This document shows, in pieces, positions 23,566 to 35,625 of a stretch of DNA of 37,141 nt (positions are counted from its first letter, which is position 1; every line of letters begins with the position of its first letter). Below the pieces are notes generated by a model. That model did no database searches. It saw only the letters and a program-made list of their open reading frames with translations, and was not told the origin of the DNA. Source of the DNA: Octopus bimaculoides (taxonomy: Eukaryota); NCBI RefSeq assembly GCF_001194135.2, contig NC_069001.1, positions 12,047,329 through 12,084,469 on the forward strand, written 5' to 3'. A program made the translations under genes and the position numbers.

Positions 23566-25599
23566 AATATTGGAAACGACGTAACGAGATTAATTAACGA
23601 AATTTTACTTAACATCCAATGGCTACCCTTGTAGATATAAATATATCAAAATTTAAGTTTCTGGAATGTTTTACATATTTTCACAGTGTCTCTAGTGACT
23701 GGATGCAATACATTTTTCTTTAAACGTATCCATCCTGGTTTGTAATGCCCATCTTGTCGACATTGGTATAAAGGCAAATTTGTTTACATATTCATTGCCC
23801 CCAATAATTACAGGTAAATATACAAGACCATAATCTGAATAAATTTACCACTGATTTGTCCTAGGTTTTCCACTAATGTTTCATGTTGCCACACTTACTA
23901 ATCTTCAACATTATGCTAAATTCTGCTACAGAGGCAAAGACATCGATTATTTGCATAGTTTCTTCTCTCTTTCCCAGATCATAATATCTGATCTATTACA
24001 CTTTTATTTCTATCGCGGTCTTCACAGAAACATTTCACCAATAACCTTTCACATTCAGAAGTGATAATTTTCTCTACATCAAGGTATCTTCTAATACTTT
24101 AACCTCAGCATTATCCTGTAAACATATTGTATTATACAATGGTTTGGTCACGACACCATAATTCATAGATAGATAATGCTACAATGACATTTTTCGCATT
24201 ACTGCTTATGAACATCGGAAATAGAGCGTAAAGTTTCGTTCTGTGATATCTGTTGGACACGAAATAAAAATGTTATATAAAGTTATAAAGGATACAGCTG
24301 TCATCAATAAGTTTTTTTTATAATTTATTCTCCGACTAACTTTCTTAATCGTAAATTTCTTCCCTATTTTCTAACATTAATTTACAACACTGTTCACTTT
24401 ATTTCAAGCTGAATATACGAGATTGTCTTTTGTGTTCTCGAGGGAAATAAAATAAGATTCATTTTCAAATAAGATAATATATTTCATTTATGAAAGAATG
24501 AAAAAAGAAAAAAGCCACTGCAAGATAGAATATACATGTTTAAGGTTGTATAAGTGGTGGTTGTATTTGATGCATAAGGATCGGCTTATCTAATTCGGGG
24601 CAGAAACAATTCATATGACAACTAGACTTAGATTAGCAACTGGATTTTATTTGCGATATAATCAGAATATTTGAAAACGTCAAAAGCAATTTATCACGAA
24701 AATAGTCTTCACCACAAGAGGAGAATTTGATAAATGCATTAAATTTTAAATATAAATTATAAGATTCTTTTTCACTTACGAAGTTTCAATCCAATCTGTT
24801 ATGGAGTAATTCATTAAAAGAAATAAAAACATGAAGAATTTTGAAATGAACAAATACGTGATGCAAAATGCATTTAATTTTCCTCTTTGCGATTACATAG
24901 AGCATAAATTGATTTCACTTACAAAGAAGATTTGAGCATTATATTCACAAACTTATTTTTTGTAATATAAAACCATCCAATGAATTGATTCTCAAAAAGT
25001 TCCGAAATTTCATTACTTTTAGCGAAACTATACTGCGTACGTATCATGAAACCTGATTCCATTTAAAATGAATCATTGTAAAATACCAGCAAAACATGTT
25101 GCTTCCAACCTAATGAGACAGCATCCATGTGGAAATTAGATTTAAACCTCTAGCATATTACTGTATTCTAATTTTAAAGTAATTACTACTTTGCTTGAAC
25201 AATATAAATTACCCAGCTAACGAAGGACGCTTGTTAGAACAGTTTTAGAAAATGGCTTGCAGTATTTGAACCGGCTCTTTAGGTTCTCAGTTCTCATTAA
25301 AAGTGCAAAACACACTGTCTGGTAGAGCAAAAGATTCTCTTTCAAATAACATGAAACGTTTTACCAATACCTTTTATTTCTGCGTGCATTTTTAAATTTG
25401 AAAAAAAAAAAAAACATCATGAATTAGTTCTGAACACAATATTTCATTTTAACATGGACAACTATGCAGAATTCAATAGTACAACACAGTTGTATGTAAA
25501 TGTTATATTTATGTGAGGTGTCTATGACGAATGAAGAGTACTGGAAAATATTTTTTCGCGAGTAATTACGTATCAAAATAAGAAACTGCAAAAACTTTT

Positions 25600-25823
25600 N
25601 NNNNNNNNNNNNNNNNNNNNNNNNNNNNNNNNNNNNNNNNNNNNNNNNNNNNNNNNNNNNNNNNNNNNNNNNNNNNNNNNNNNNNNNNNNNNNNNNNNNN
25701 NNNNNNNNNNNNNNNNNNNNNNNNNNNNNNNNNNNNNNNNNNNNNNNNNNNNNNNNNNNNNNNNNNNNNNNNNNNNNNNNNNNNNNNNNNNNNNNNNNNN
25801 NNNNNNNNNNNNNNNNNNNNNNN
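25600..25823. other. Assembly gap (224 N)
   Basis: N run. Confidence 0.99.
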
Positions 25824-27037
25824 TATATATAAAGCAGTATTTTTATTGTATTGTCTTTCTAGCACGAACATTAATTATTATGTTTGTTGTCCTCTGCGTA
25901 ATAACTGAGAAATCGTCGTTGATTGTCACTTAGTGTTTCCTTCCAATAAATCACACTCTTACGTTGTGTTCAAACCTCTAGATAGATAGACAGATATATA
26001 TATATATATATGTTGATGACATACTTGACCGATGAACTTCCAACAAAATCGAAAACTTAAACCAATCATAATTCCATTCTCTCATTTCAGGTATTATCAC
26101 GTCATTCATTACCGAGACAAGATTTATCGTCTATCGTGAATTACTGAATATTATTAATATATATTACGTACTGAAGTAGTATATACACAGATATGATGAA
26201 TAGTGTTTTCTCTGCAAGCAAAACAAAAACACGCTCTATTTCTCTCTCACTCACTCACTCTCTTACACACATGCATGAATATTCACACACACACATACAC
26301 ACACACAATGTATAACTCAATTACACAAACAGTTATATACTCTATCAATTCTATTTTGTTTTTGTAATAAATCAATATAACAGAATTATATTTATGATAA
26401 AACTTGCAATATTGCTTTAATTCTCTATTATACAACAGACGTCTAGAGGCAGACATGTATGCACAGACAAACGCTTATTTAAATACATACATACAAAGAG
26501 ATAGAGTGAAAGAGAGAGAGAGAGAAATATACAGACACAGATAAACAGGCAGACAGACAAATAATTAGATAGATAGAAAGATAGATATAATTTTTCAGGA
26601 AGAAGTGACTGCTAGATAGATGGCTAGCTGGTCGAAAATTCTCAGTTACGGTCACACTTCTATTCTATTCTATCTATCTATCTATCTATCTATCTGTCTC
26701 CCTATCTATCTGGCTAATAAAGGTATGTCTTCTATTCTCCAAAGATGTATTAACTCTCCACTTCAATGTTAAATTGTTTTATTATAAATTGACATTGAGA
26801 CAAAAAGTAATATTGTTTGGTAGATAAATAGATACATACATACATACATACATACATACATACATACATACATACACAGACAGACAGACAGACAGACAGA
26901 GTGATGATTGTGTTCATAGTGTAAATGATATTTCCCATATTTCATAGTAACAATTTTGTATAGCTAGCTTACTTGAATCATCCTTCTATATCCAGAAACT
27001 CAGTGTCTCAATAACCAGAGCAACTCTCGTTTTATTA

Positions 27038-27528
27038 AGGAAATGCATTTGTTATAGCAAAAGAAGAAATGGAAATATTTTACCAACGATTTCTTCGTCG
27101 CAAGTTTGATCTTGTTGTTTGACATGTCATTCCATGTTAGAACCTCGGGTATTTTGAAATTTAGTGAGATTCCTGTATCACAACACAGATGACATATGCA
27201 TTACATTGACAACTTCAGTCCTACCATTGATCTATAAATACAATATGTCTTTCAGGTGATTCAGAAAATACTTGGTATAAAACGTGAATCAATGCTTTTG
27301 TTACGTATCACCTACAATAGTATTTTAAAACCTATTTGATTTCGTATTTCCAAAGAGAAGAAATGTGTTTAAGTTCTTCCTTATGGTGATGTTTAGATCA
27401 GATATAAAGCAGATCCATTCTGAATGTGTCAGAAATTCACGATTACAATAGCTCAACACATGCTTTATTTTTGTTATCGTTGGTAAAATATTTCCTTTTC
27501 TTCTTTTGACATAACAAATGTATTTCCT
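27038..27528. mobile_element. MITE-like element with 53-bp terminal inverted repeats
   Basis: 27038-27090 versus the reverse complement of 27476-27528: 49/53 identical. Non-coding 385-bp interior; no TSD found. Confidence 0.6.
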
Positions 27529-28365
27529 GTCAGTATAACTCCCAGAATTCTTTATATATTCTTCGGTACAAGTTCCAAGTCGTTTCTTAGCTTCTTCACT
27601 GGATTGTTAAAAGATTTGTGTTAGTTTTCACATAAATCTATTTTATTTTCTAACTTCTCTAAGTTAAAAGTAAACTTCTTAGTTCTAACATCACATAGAC
27701 ATGGAAAGTTTCTGCTGGTTGGCAACTCAAAGAAAGGTTTTGCCAAAGGTTTTCTCTCGAATTTTGCTACATACCACTAAATCATCAAGGGATTTTTTTC
27801 TGACAGCAGACTTTTTTTTTATTCTTGAATATAATGTTTTTCCTAAACACACTGTGAATATCTCCTTACCTTTTCTATGCATATTCTCAAATATATTCTC
27901 TAACACAGTGCATATTCTCTAAAACATTAAGCAAATAATTCATTTATACCCCATGCAAAAGTCCCCAACACAATATACAAGTGTTTGTATTAAGATTTCC
28001 ATTCAAAATGATCAATTCAAAAGTGTCATAACAATAACTCAAACACAGGGAGAGTCTCCAGCAATGCATTGTCCAAGAAAGCTTACTCACTAAACGCCAA
28101 GCCTGCACTGAATGCATACACAGATAACTTTAGGGAATCCTTCAGCTGGCACGTGAGAAATCTGTTTAATATAAAATCAATGCACATATCAAGTATACAC
28201 CAACGTATCTCACCAAAACTAAAGATGAATGTCAGCAATCTAGATTTATCACATTCGCTCCAGATACTGAATCATATAATCACAAAGAATCTTTTAATCT
28301 TTTCTGGCAAACACAAATCTTCAAAAGACAGGCCTTTTATTTGGCAAACGCAAATCTTCGTAAAG

Positions 28366-28788
28366 NNNNNNNNNNNNNNNNNNNNNNNNNNNNNNNNNNN
28401 NNNNNNNNNNNNNNNNNNNNNNNNNNNNNNNNNNNNNNNNNNNNNNNNNNNNNNNNNNNNNNNNNNNNNNNNNNNNNNNNNNNNNNNNNNNNNNNNNNNN
28501 NNNNNNNNNNNNNNNNNNNNNNNNNNNNNNNNNNNNNNNNNNNNNNNNNNNNNNNNNNNNNNNNNNNNNNNNNNNNNNNNNNNNNNNNNNNNNNNNNNNN
28601 NNNNNNNNNNNNNNNNNNNNNNNNNNNNNNNNNNNNNNNNNNNNNNNNNNNNNNNNNNNNNNNNNNNNNNNNNNNNNNNNNNNNNNNNNNNNNNNNNNNN
28701 NNNNNNNNNNNNNNNNNNNNNNNNNNNNNNNNNNNNNNNNNNNNNNNNNNNNNNNNNNNNNNNNNNNNNNNNNNNNNNNNNNNNNNNN
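28366..28788. other. Assembly gap (423 N)
   Basis: N run. Confidence 0.99.
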
Positions 28789-28818
<30 letters not shown>

Positions 28819-28820
<2 letters not shown>

Positions 28821-28984
28821 CGACGGGCTTCTTTGAGTTTCCGTCTACCAAGTCCACTAGCAAAGCATTACATGAACTTAGATTATACGAGAAGACACTT
28901 TCCCGAGGTGTCACGCAGTTGGACTTAACGTGGAACCATGTGATTGAGAAGCAAGTTTCTTACAATACAGCCACCCATGCGCCT
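28819..28984 (-). mobile_element. Family A SINE 5' half
   Basis: tacgacgggcttctttgagtttccgtctacc...ggaaccatgtgattgagaagcaagtttcttacaatacagccacccatgcgcct parallels 185-350. Confidence 0.85.
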
Positions 28985-29014
28985 TTGCATATAGATGGCC
29001 AGGATGGCACCGGG

Positions 29015-29365
29015 AGATGAGGCACTCCACTCGTTGAGATTCATTCACTAACTGACAAACTCCAGCCCTTGACTCATAAGTGTGCTCTATTTTCTTCTGT
29101 CTACCAAATTGGTATTATAATGGTCCCTGTTCCCCAGAGATGGCTGGTTTCATACAGGCCTCTCCTACATGCATACAGGCATCGTGACGCATTCAACGTT
29201 CAATATGACATTAATCTTGATGCGTCCATCTGTGTCCCACTCTAACGACCCTCCCAGTTCTTTATTCACGGAACATCGGTACTCTGGAATATTCTCACTG
29301 ATATGTCTTACTCGGCCGAGTTAACAATGCACTATTTTAAACAGAGTATTAATAGCAAGTTAACC
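29015..29365 (+). pseudogene. ORF2 C-terminal remnant of a CR1/L2/Jockey-group LINE
   Basis: With frameshifts: HSLTDKLQPLTHK, YYNGPCSPEMAGFI and SSLF/GTSVLWNILT...HYFKQSINSKL. These match LQPLSHRR...YY.G.CS.EL...SFFPRT..LWNSLP......FK..IN. Confidence 0.65.
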
Positions 29366-30216
29366 GATATAGGAAGGACGCTAAAATTCATTCAAGTACA
29401 TTACCCCTTTTCTTCAGTCTCGACATATTATTTGCTTTAGTTTCAATTTTTATTCGCCTAAATGAATCATAAGGCCGGACACTCGGTTTCCGTTACGTGT
29501 AAGTGTTATACCATACATCACAACCTTCACCTAAAGGAGACGCTGGTCCTTAGAGTAACAGGACGTAAAGCGGCGCAAGAAACACCGCTAAATATTTTGT
29601 ATACAGAGCCAACATTTTTGCTTCTTTGACGTTTAAGTCTCGAAGAATAAATCTTTCCTCAATATCATTCGCACTATATCTGTATAGCTGTATATTCCTA
29701 TCAGAAAAAAATTGTAATCAAAATCTATTGCCTCAAGACAAGTATATACAAATATATACAAAACATATAAAATATACAACGATAAATATAGAGCAAAAAA
29801 AAAAATAATAAAAAAATGTAAAGCATAGCGTTGACATAGATGTTGTTTCAATACAAATAATTGTGTAGCTGTTGAATAAGGTATACAATGCTGTAGAACG
29901 AACCATGGAAGATAAAACTTAATAAGTATATTGTTTTAATAAAATATTACTTTATTACCGATTAGTGTTAGATTTATTTATCAATATATTTCTTTATCTA
30001 TTTATTGAAAATATAGTACATATAATAATATGTACACGAAAGAGAATATTATTGTTTTTACTTTGGTAAAGCAATGGGTCATGTGCTAAATTGATACAGT
30101 AAATATTTAGTAAACTTAACGTATTAAGCAAATTTCATTTCCTCATAACTTTATTCACGTTTCATAAAGCTGCTTGCGAATATATATATATGTATATATA
30201 TATATGTGTGCGCGTC

Positions 30217-30270
<54 letters not shown>

Positions 30271-30274
<4 letters not shown>

Positions 30275-30417
30275 ATCATAAATATATAGGGATTAGCAGT
30301 AACCTGCTTCTCCAAAATTTGTAGTTTTAGAATCAGTAGTTCTTTGGCTGCTGTTTCTGAATTCTCAGTATGTTGGAGAAGCAGGTTACTGCTAATCCCT
30401 ATATATTTAGGATTATA
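30271..30417. repeat. 147-bp fold-back with 45-bp near-perfect inverted arms
   Basis: 30271-30315 versus the reverse complement of 30373-30417: 44/45 identical. The spacer also folds. Confidence 0.92.
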
Positions 30418-30740
30418 AATGGCTTTACCGAAAAGTTTTTTTCATACTGAGCTACCCTGCAAAATTGTTAATTATTAATTTTATTACTAATTGACGATTC
30501 CCTGCCCTGTATATATATATATATATATATATAATCAGGTCATTAAGAATGAAATATTCAATTACCTTATACTCCAAGTTTGACAGTCGATAACTCTAAT
30601 GTTTTATCCGTACAATTCTTCGGTTTACAACGTTGAAGAGTTGCATCATCATCAGTGTCCGTAATGCAATTCGTGGTATCTGATTATATTGTGAGTTTTC
30701 TCTTGTAAAGCCATTTTTGTAAACCCATGATTGATCAACG

Positions 30741-31480
30741 ATTCGTGTTTATGAATATGAGTTCTGTCGAGAAACGAATGCATCCCAAACAACTCGAAAC
30801 ATCAATGAGGTGTTTGGTGAAGAGGTGGCGAATGAGTGCACTGTACATCGATGGTTTGAGAATTTCAACCTCGTGGTAGACCTGAGACCAAGGTGAATAA
30901 TGATGAGCTGGAAACTGTAGTTGAAGCAGATACATCTCAAACAATGCGTGAGTTAGCAGCAAGGTTTGATGTTTCAATTCCAACTCTATTGGACCATCTG
31001 AAACAAATCGACAAGGTAAAGAAGCGGGTCAAGTGAGTACCACACGAACTGAACGTGCATCAAATGACACGTCGTCTTGAAACTTGCTTTTCTTTGCTGT
31101 CACGGATTAAAAGCGAACTATTTTTGCATCGTATTGTTACGTGTGATGAAAAATGAATTGTTTTTAACAATAGCAAGCGTTCTGCACTGTGGTTGGATAG
31201 AAAAGATGTGCCAAAACATCAATTCAAAAAGAATATTGACCATAAACAAATAGTAGTGTCTGTTTGGTGGTCCAGCGCTGGTGTCATCCACTGCAGCTTC
31301 TTGAGAACTAGTAAATTAGTTACAGCGTATGTATAAATCAACCAACAGGATGAAATGGTGAGTGAACGTGCAATTAAACAACCGAGATGGGTCTATCGAG
31401 ACATGCCAATTCTCTTGCCAGAAAATGCTTGACCACATGTTGCACAAAGAACGCTATTCAAGTTACTTCATCACCGAAGG
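30741..31480 (+). pseudogene. Mariner (Tc1/mariner, SETMAR/Hsmar1-like) transposase pseudogene, 3' truncated
   Basis: YEYEFCRETNASQTTRNINEVFGEEVANECTVHRWF, then after a deletion/frameshift PRGRPETKVNNDEL...K*VPHEL (WVPHEL; stop 31034), RIVTCDEK* (TCDEKW; stop 31154), VSVWWSSAGVIH and PENA*PH (HDNARPH; stop 31430). YSPDL and the third catalytic D are absent. Confidence 0.93.
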
Positions 31481-31496
31481 GGCTCTCCTCCTCCTC

Positions 31497-31559
31497 ATAT
31501 ATATATATATGTATGTATATATATATGTATGTATGTATATATATATGTATGTATGTATG

Positions 31560-31590
<31 letters not shown>

Positions 31591-32841
31591 ATATATATGT
31601 ATATATATATATATGTATGTATGTATGTATATATATATGTATGTATATATATATGTATGTATATATATATATATGTATGTATATATATATGTATGTATAT
31701 ATATATGTATATATATATATGTATGTATATATATATGTATGTATATATATATGTATGTATATATATATGTATGTATATATATATGTATGTATATATATAT
31801 GTATGNNNNNNNNNNNNNNNNNNNNNNNNNNNNNNNNNNNNNNNNNNNNNNNNNNNNNNNNNNNNNNNNNNNNNNNNNNNNNNNNNNNNNNNNNNNNNNN
31901 NNNNNNNNNNNNNNNNNNNNNNNNNNNNNNNNNNNNNNNNNNNNNNNNNNNNNNNNNNNNNNNNNNNNNNNNNNNNNNNNNNNNNNNNNNNNNNNNNNNN
32001 NNNNNNNNNNNNNNNNNNNNNNNNNNNNNNNNNNNNNNNNNNNNNNNNNNNNNNNNNNNNNNNNNNNNNNNNNNNNNNNNNNNNNNNNNNNNNNNNNNNN
32101 NNNNNNNNNNNNNNNNNNNNNNNNNNNNNNNNNNNNNNNNNNNNNNNNNNNNNNNNNNNNNNNNNNNNNNNNNNNNNNNNNNNNNNNNNNNNNNNNNNNN
32201 NNNNNNNNNNNNNNNNNNNNNNNNNNNNNNNNNNNNNNNNNNNNNNNNNNNNNNNNNNNNNNNNNNNNNNNNNNNNNNNNNNNNNNNNNNNNNNNNNNNN
32301 NNNNNNNNNNNNNNNNNNNNNNNNNNNNNNNNNNNNNNNNNNNNNNNNNNNNNNNNNNNNNNNNNNNNNNNNNNNNNNNNNNNNNNNNNNNNNNNNNNNN
32401 NNNNNNNNNNNNNNNNNNNNNNNNNNNNNNNNNNNNNNNNNNNNNNNNNNNNNNNNNNNNNNNNNNNNNNNNNNNNNNNNNNNNNNNNNNNNNNNNNNNN
32501 NNNNNNNNNNNNNNNNNNNNNNNNNNNNNNNNNNNNNNNNNNNNNNNNNNNNNNNNNNNNNNNNNNNNNNNNNNNNNNNNNNNNNNNNNNNNNNNNNNNN
32601 NNNNNNNNNNNNNTATGTATGTATGTATATATATATGTATGTATGTATATATATATGTATGTATGTATATATATATGTATGTATGTATATATATATGTAT
32701 GTATGTATATATATATGTATGTATGTATGTATATGTATGTATGTATATATATATGTATGTATGTATGTATATATATGTATGTATGTATGTATATATATAT
32801 GTATGTATGTATATATATATGTATGTATGTATATATATATG

Positions 32842-32872
<31 letters not shown>
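31497..32872. repeat. Long compound (TA)n/(TATG)n tract spanning an 808-N gap (31806-32613)
   Basis: Higher-order TATATATG/TATG units on both sides of the gap. Confidence 0.95.
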
Positions 32873-32978
32873 TACGCTTACGCAATCATAGGTTAATGAA
32901 AATGCCTCTAAATATATACGCATGCCCTCTCGCTAACAAGGACAAATATTTATATATGTATTTCTAAAATATACATAC

Positions 32979-33019
<41 letters not shown>

Positions 33020-33839
33020 GGTATGTGTGCGTGTGAATATATATACATGTATACACATATATACATATGTATGTGCAAGTAGAAATAAGCGTATATATAT
33101 GTGTATGTATATGTATGTATATGACTATGTATGTACGTATACATGACATATTTGCGTATAAAAAATGTACAGATTATTATTATTAGTCTCGTCGTCGTCA
33201 TCATACTCGTCATCATCATTAGATTTCATTATCTGATACTGAAATTTTTTTTTTTTCTAGCTTTTTCCTCCCAATTCTAATTTTAATCATTTCCTCTAAG
33301 CCACACAATTTCGCTGAAGTGAAAATATTTCACAGAAATTCTTTTGAAACCAAATTCTATCATTTATTACCCACCAATATTTACATATTAATTATTCTTT
33401 TTTTTTTTTCTCTTTAGATTTAGTTCTTCCTAGGATTACATCCGCCATTCTACATCCTCCCTCCTTCCTGCTCTGTTCATATTTCATTTAAAATACAATT
33501 GACCTCAAAAGGTCATGTCGTTAAAATATATTAATTGATTTTTAAATTAAACTTGCAATCATGAATAATTTCTGTAAACAATTTTCGAAATAGTTTCATT
33601 GTCATCTACGAAGATGTTAAATCCATTCCCCCGATGCGACTGGGAATGTTAGTGATGTTGCTACCGATGTTGTTGTTCTCGTAATCGTCATGATCACCAT
33701 CGTCATCATCATCATCAATATTGTTATTATTGTTGTTGTTACTAAGACGGTACGCAGCTTTAATCGTTGCGGCGCCGAGCAAAATGTTAAGTAGCAATTT
33801 GTCCATTTTTACGTTCTCTTCTCAAAATGTCATCGAAAC

Positions 33840-34217
33840 GGCTGTGTGGTAAGTTGCTTGCTTACCAACCACATGGTTCCGGAGTCAGTCCCACTGCGTG
33901 GCACCTTGGGAAAGTGTCTTCTACTATAGCCTCGGGCCGACGAAAGCCTTGTGAGTGGATTTGGCAGACGTAAACTGAAAGAAGCCCGTCGTATATATGT
34001 ATATGTATGTCTGTGTTTGTCCCCCTAACATCGTTTGACAACCGATGCTGGTGTGTTTACGTCCTCGTAACTTAGAGGTTCGGCGAAAGGGACCGATAGA
34101 ATAAGTACTAGGCTTACAAAGAATAAGTCCTGGGGTCGATTTGTTCGACTAAAGGTGGTGCTCCAGCATAGCCGCAGTCAAATGACTGAAACAAGTAAAA
34201 GAGTAAGAGAAAAAGAG
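33840..34217 (+). mobile_element. Near full-length family A SINE with short internal (TA/TATG) tract
   Basis: tRNA-like head ggctgtgtggtaagttgcttgcttaccaaccacatggttccgg, body, internal tatatatgtatatgtatg at about 33992-34010, and 3' tail ...gcagtcaaatgactgaaacaagtaaaagagtaagag. Confidence 0.93.
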
Positions 34218-34239
34218 TAGGGTCTCGCCCTTGATCCTT

Positions 34240-34550
34240 GCGGGTTCAATAAATTAAGTACAAGTGAATTATTGGGGTTTATGTAACCAACTTACCCTCT
34301 TGGCAAATTTGCTGGCCTTCTGCCAAAATTTTGAAATGCTTACTATGATTATTGTTAGCAAACTGAACCTAATGCTTATTTCGTCCATCTGTACGTTCTG
34401 ACTTTTAACTACGTTGAGGTCGATTTTACTTTTCATTTTGGGGGGGGGGGTCGATAAAAGTAACACATACCCACTGGTATCAACGTAATCGACTAGCCAA
34501 CCCACCCCAAATTTTGAACTTTTGTTCCTGTGGCAAAGATTATTATTATT
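34240..34550 (+). mobile_element. Two degraded family C SINE 3' portions in tandem
   Basis: ggttcaataaattaagtacaagtg...tggggtttatgtaacc, and tacgttctgacttttaactacgttgaggtcgattttacttttca...gggtcgataaaa...aatcgactagcc...aaagattatt. Confidence 0.6.
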
Positions 34551-34585
34551 GTTACTGCTCCTCGCACATACGTATTTACACAAGA

Positions 34586-34690
34586 TGGACTTATTCTACT
34601 TCCTGTCTAAGAAATCCACTCAAAGCTTTGGTAGGCCTCAAGTTATAGTGAAAGCCACCGACCTAAGGTCCCACGCAGATGGACTGAATC
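34586..34690 (-). mobile_element. Degraded family A SINE fragment
   Basis: aaatccactcaaagctttggtaggcctcaagttatagtgaaag...aaggtcccacgcagatggactgaa parallels about 216-295. Confidence 0.7.
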
Positions 34691-34744
34691 TATGTATATG
34701 CGTATATATTTCGTATAATATTAATATATATGTGCAAACATCAG

Positions 34745-34775
<31 letters not shown>

Positions 34776-34826
34776 ATATATATATAATATATATATATAT
34801 GTGTGTGTTTGTGTGAGAGAGAGGTG

Positions 34827-34867
<41 letters not shown>

Positions 34868-35569
34868 TAATATCGATATTGGGAGCGTGTGTAGGCGTAC
34901 AGAATGAGATAGACGCTCAAAGATATGAACAAACAGACACACTCAAGACATTTCGACTCAGAGCTCACATTCGCCATCTGTCTCATAGAAACACGCACGA
35001 ATACATAGACACAAATAAACGCAGGTACACAAAATACGCACACACACACACACACATACATACAAACAAACACTCACATAATAGCAAATGGCACTGACAT
35101 ACTTATACGAAAAAAGATGGAGGGTGCGAAAGGGCAGATTGGGAATGAAGGAATGAGAGTGTAGGCGAATGAAAGAATGTGACAGAGATTAGTGAAGAAT
35201 AAACAGGAATTATTGAAAGCGAGAGAAAGAGAGACAAACAGACAGACAGAGTGGTTAGAGGGAGAAAGAGAGTAAGTACAGAAAATGCTGATCGTGTGAT
35301 GGTTTCTCGTTGAATACGAGAAGACAATAAATTTTCGTTCAATTTAGCGTGAAAGAATATTGACAGGCAGATAACATTTTTAATAATGTCTAATGTAAAA
35401 TGAATGTGTTTATTGGACGAATGGGGTTATTGTAATTATCGGTGAAAATATTGAATTATCGGTTTCTGGAGAAATATCGAATAAACAGACGGCCTTATTA
35501 TGTGTCCAACTATATATGTGCATCTCGGAACCACTTTCCCCCCTCTCTCTCTCTTTGACGCTTCTTTCT

Positions 35570-35625
<56 letters not shown>

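Noticed and set aside
23780-24060. LINE endonuclease traces (LLNVKG, IDVF, LPVIIGG) on the minus strand
   Set aside because: Motifs are in inconsistent frames and lack the catalytic residues (GDFN, ET).
28000-28065. Helitron helicase motif (VITITQTQGES vs AMTINKSQGQS)
   Set aside because: A single weak motif with no supporting upstream or downstream helicase sequence.
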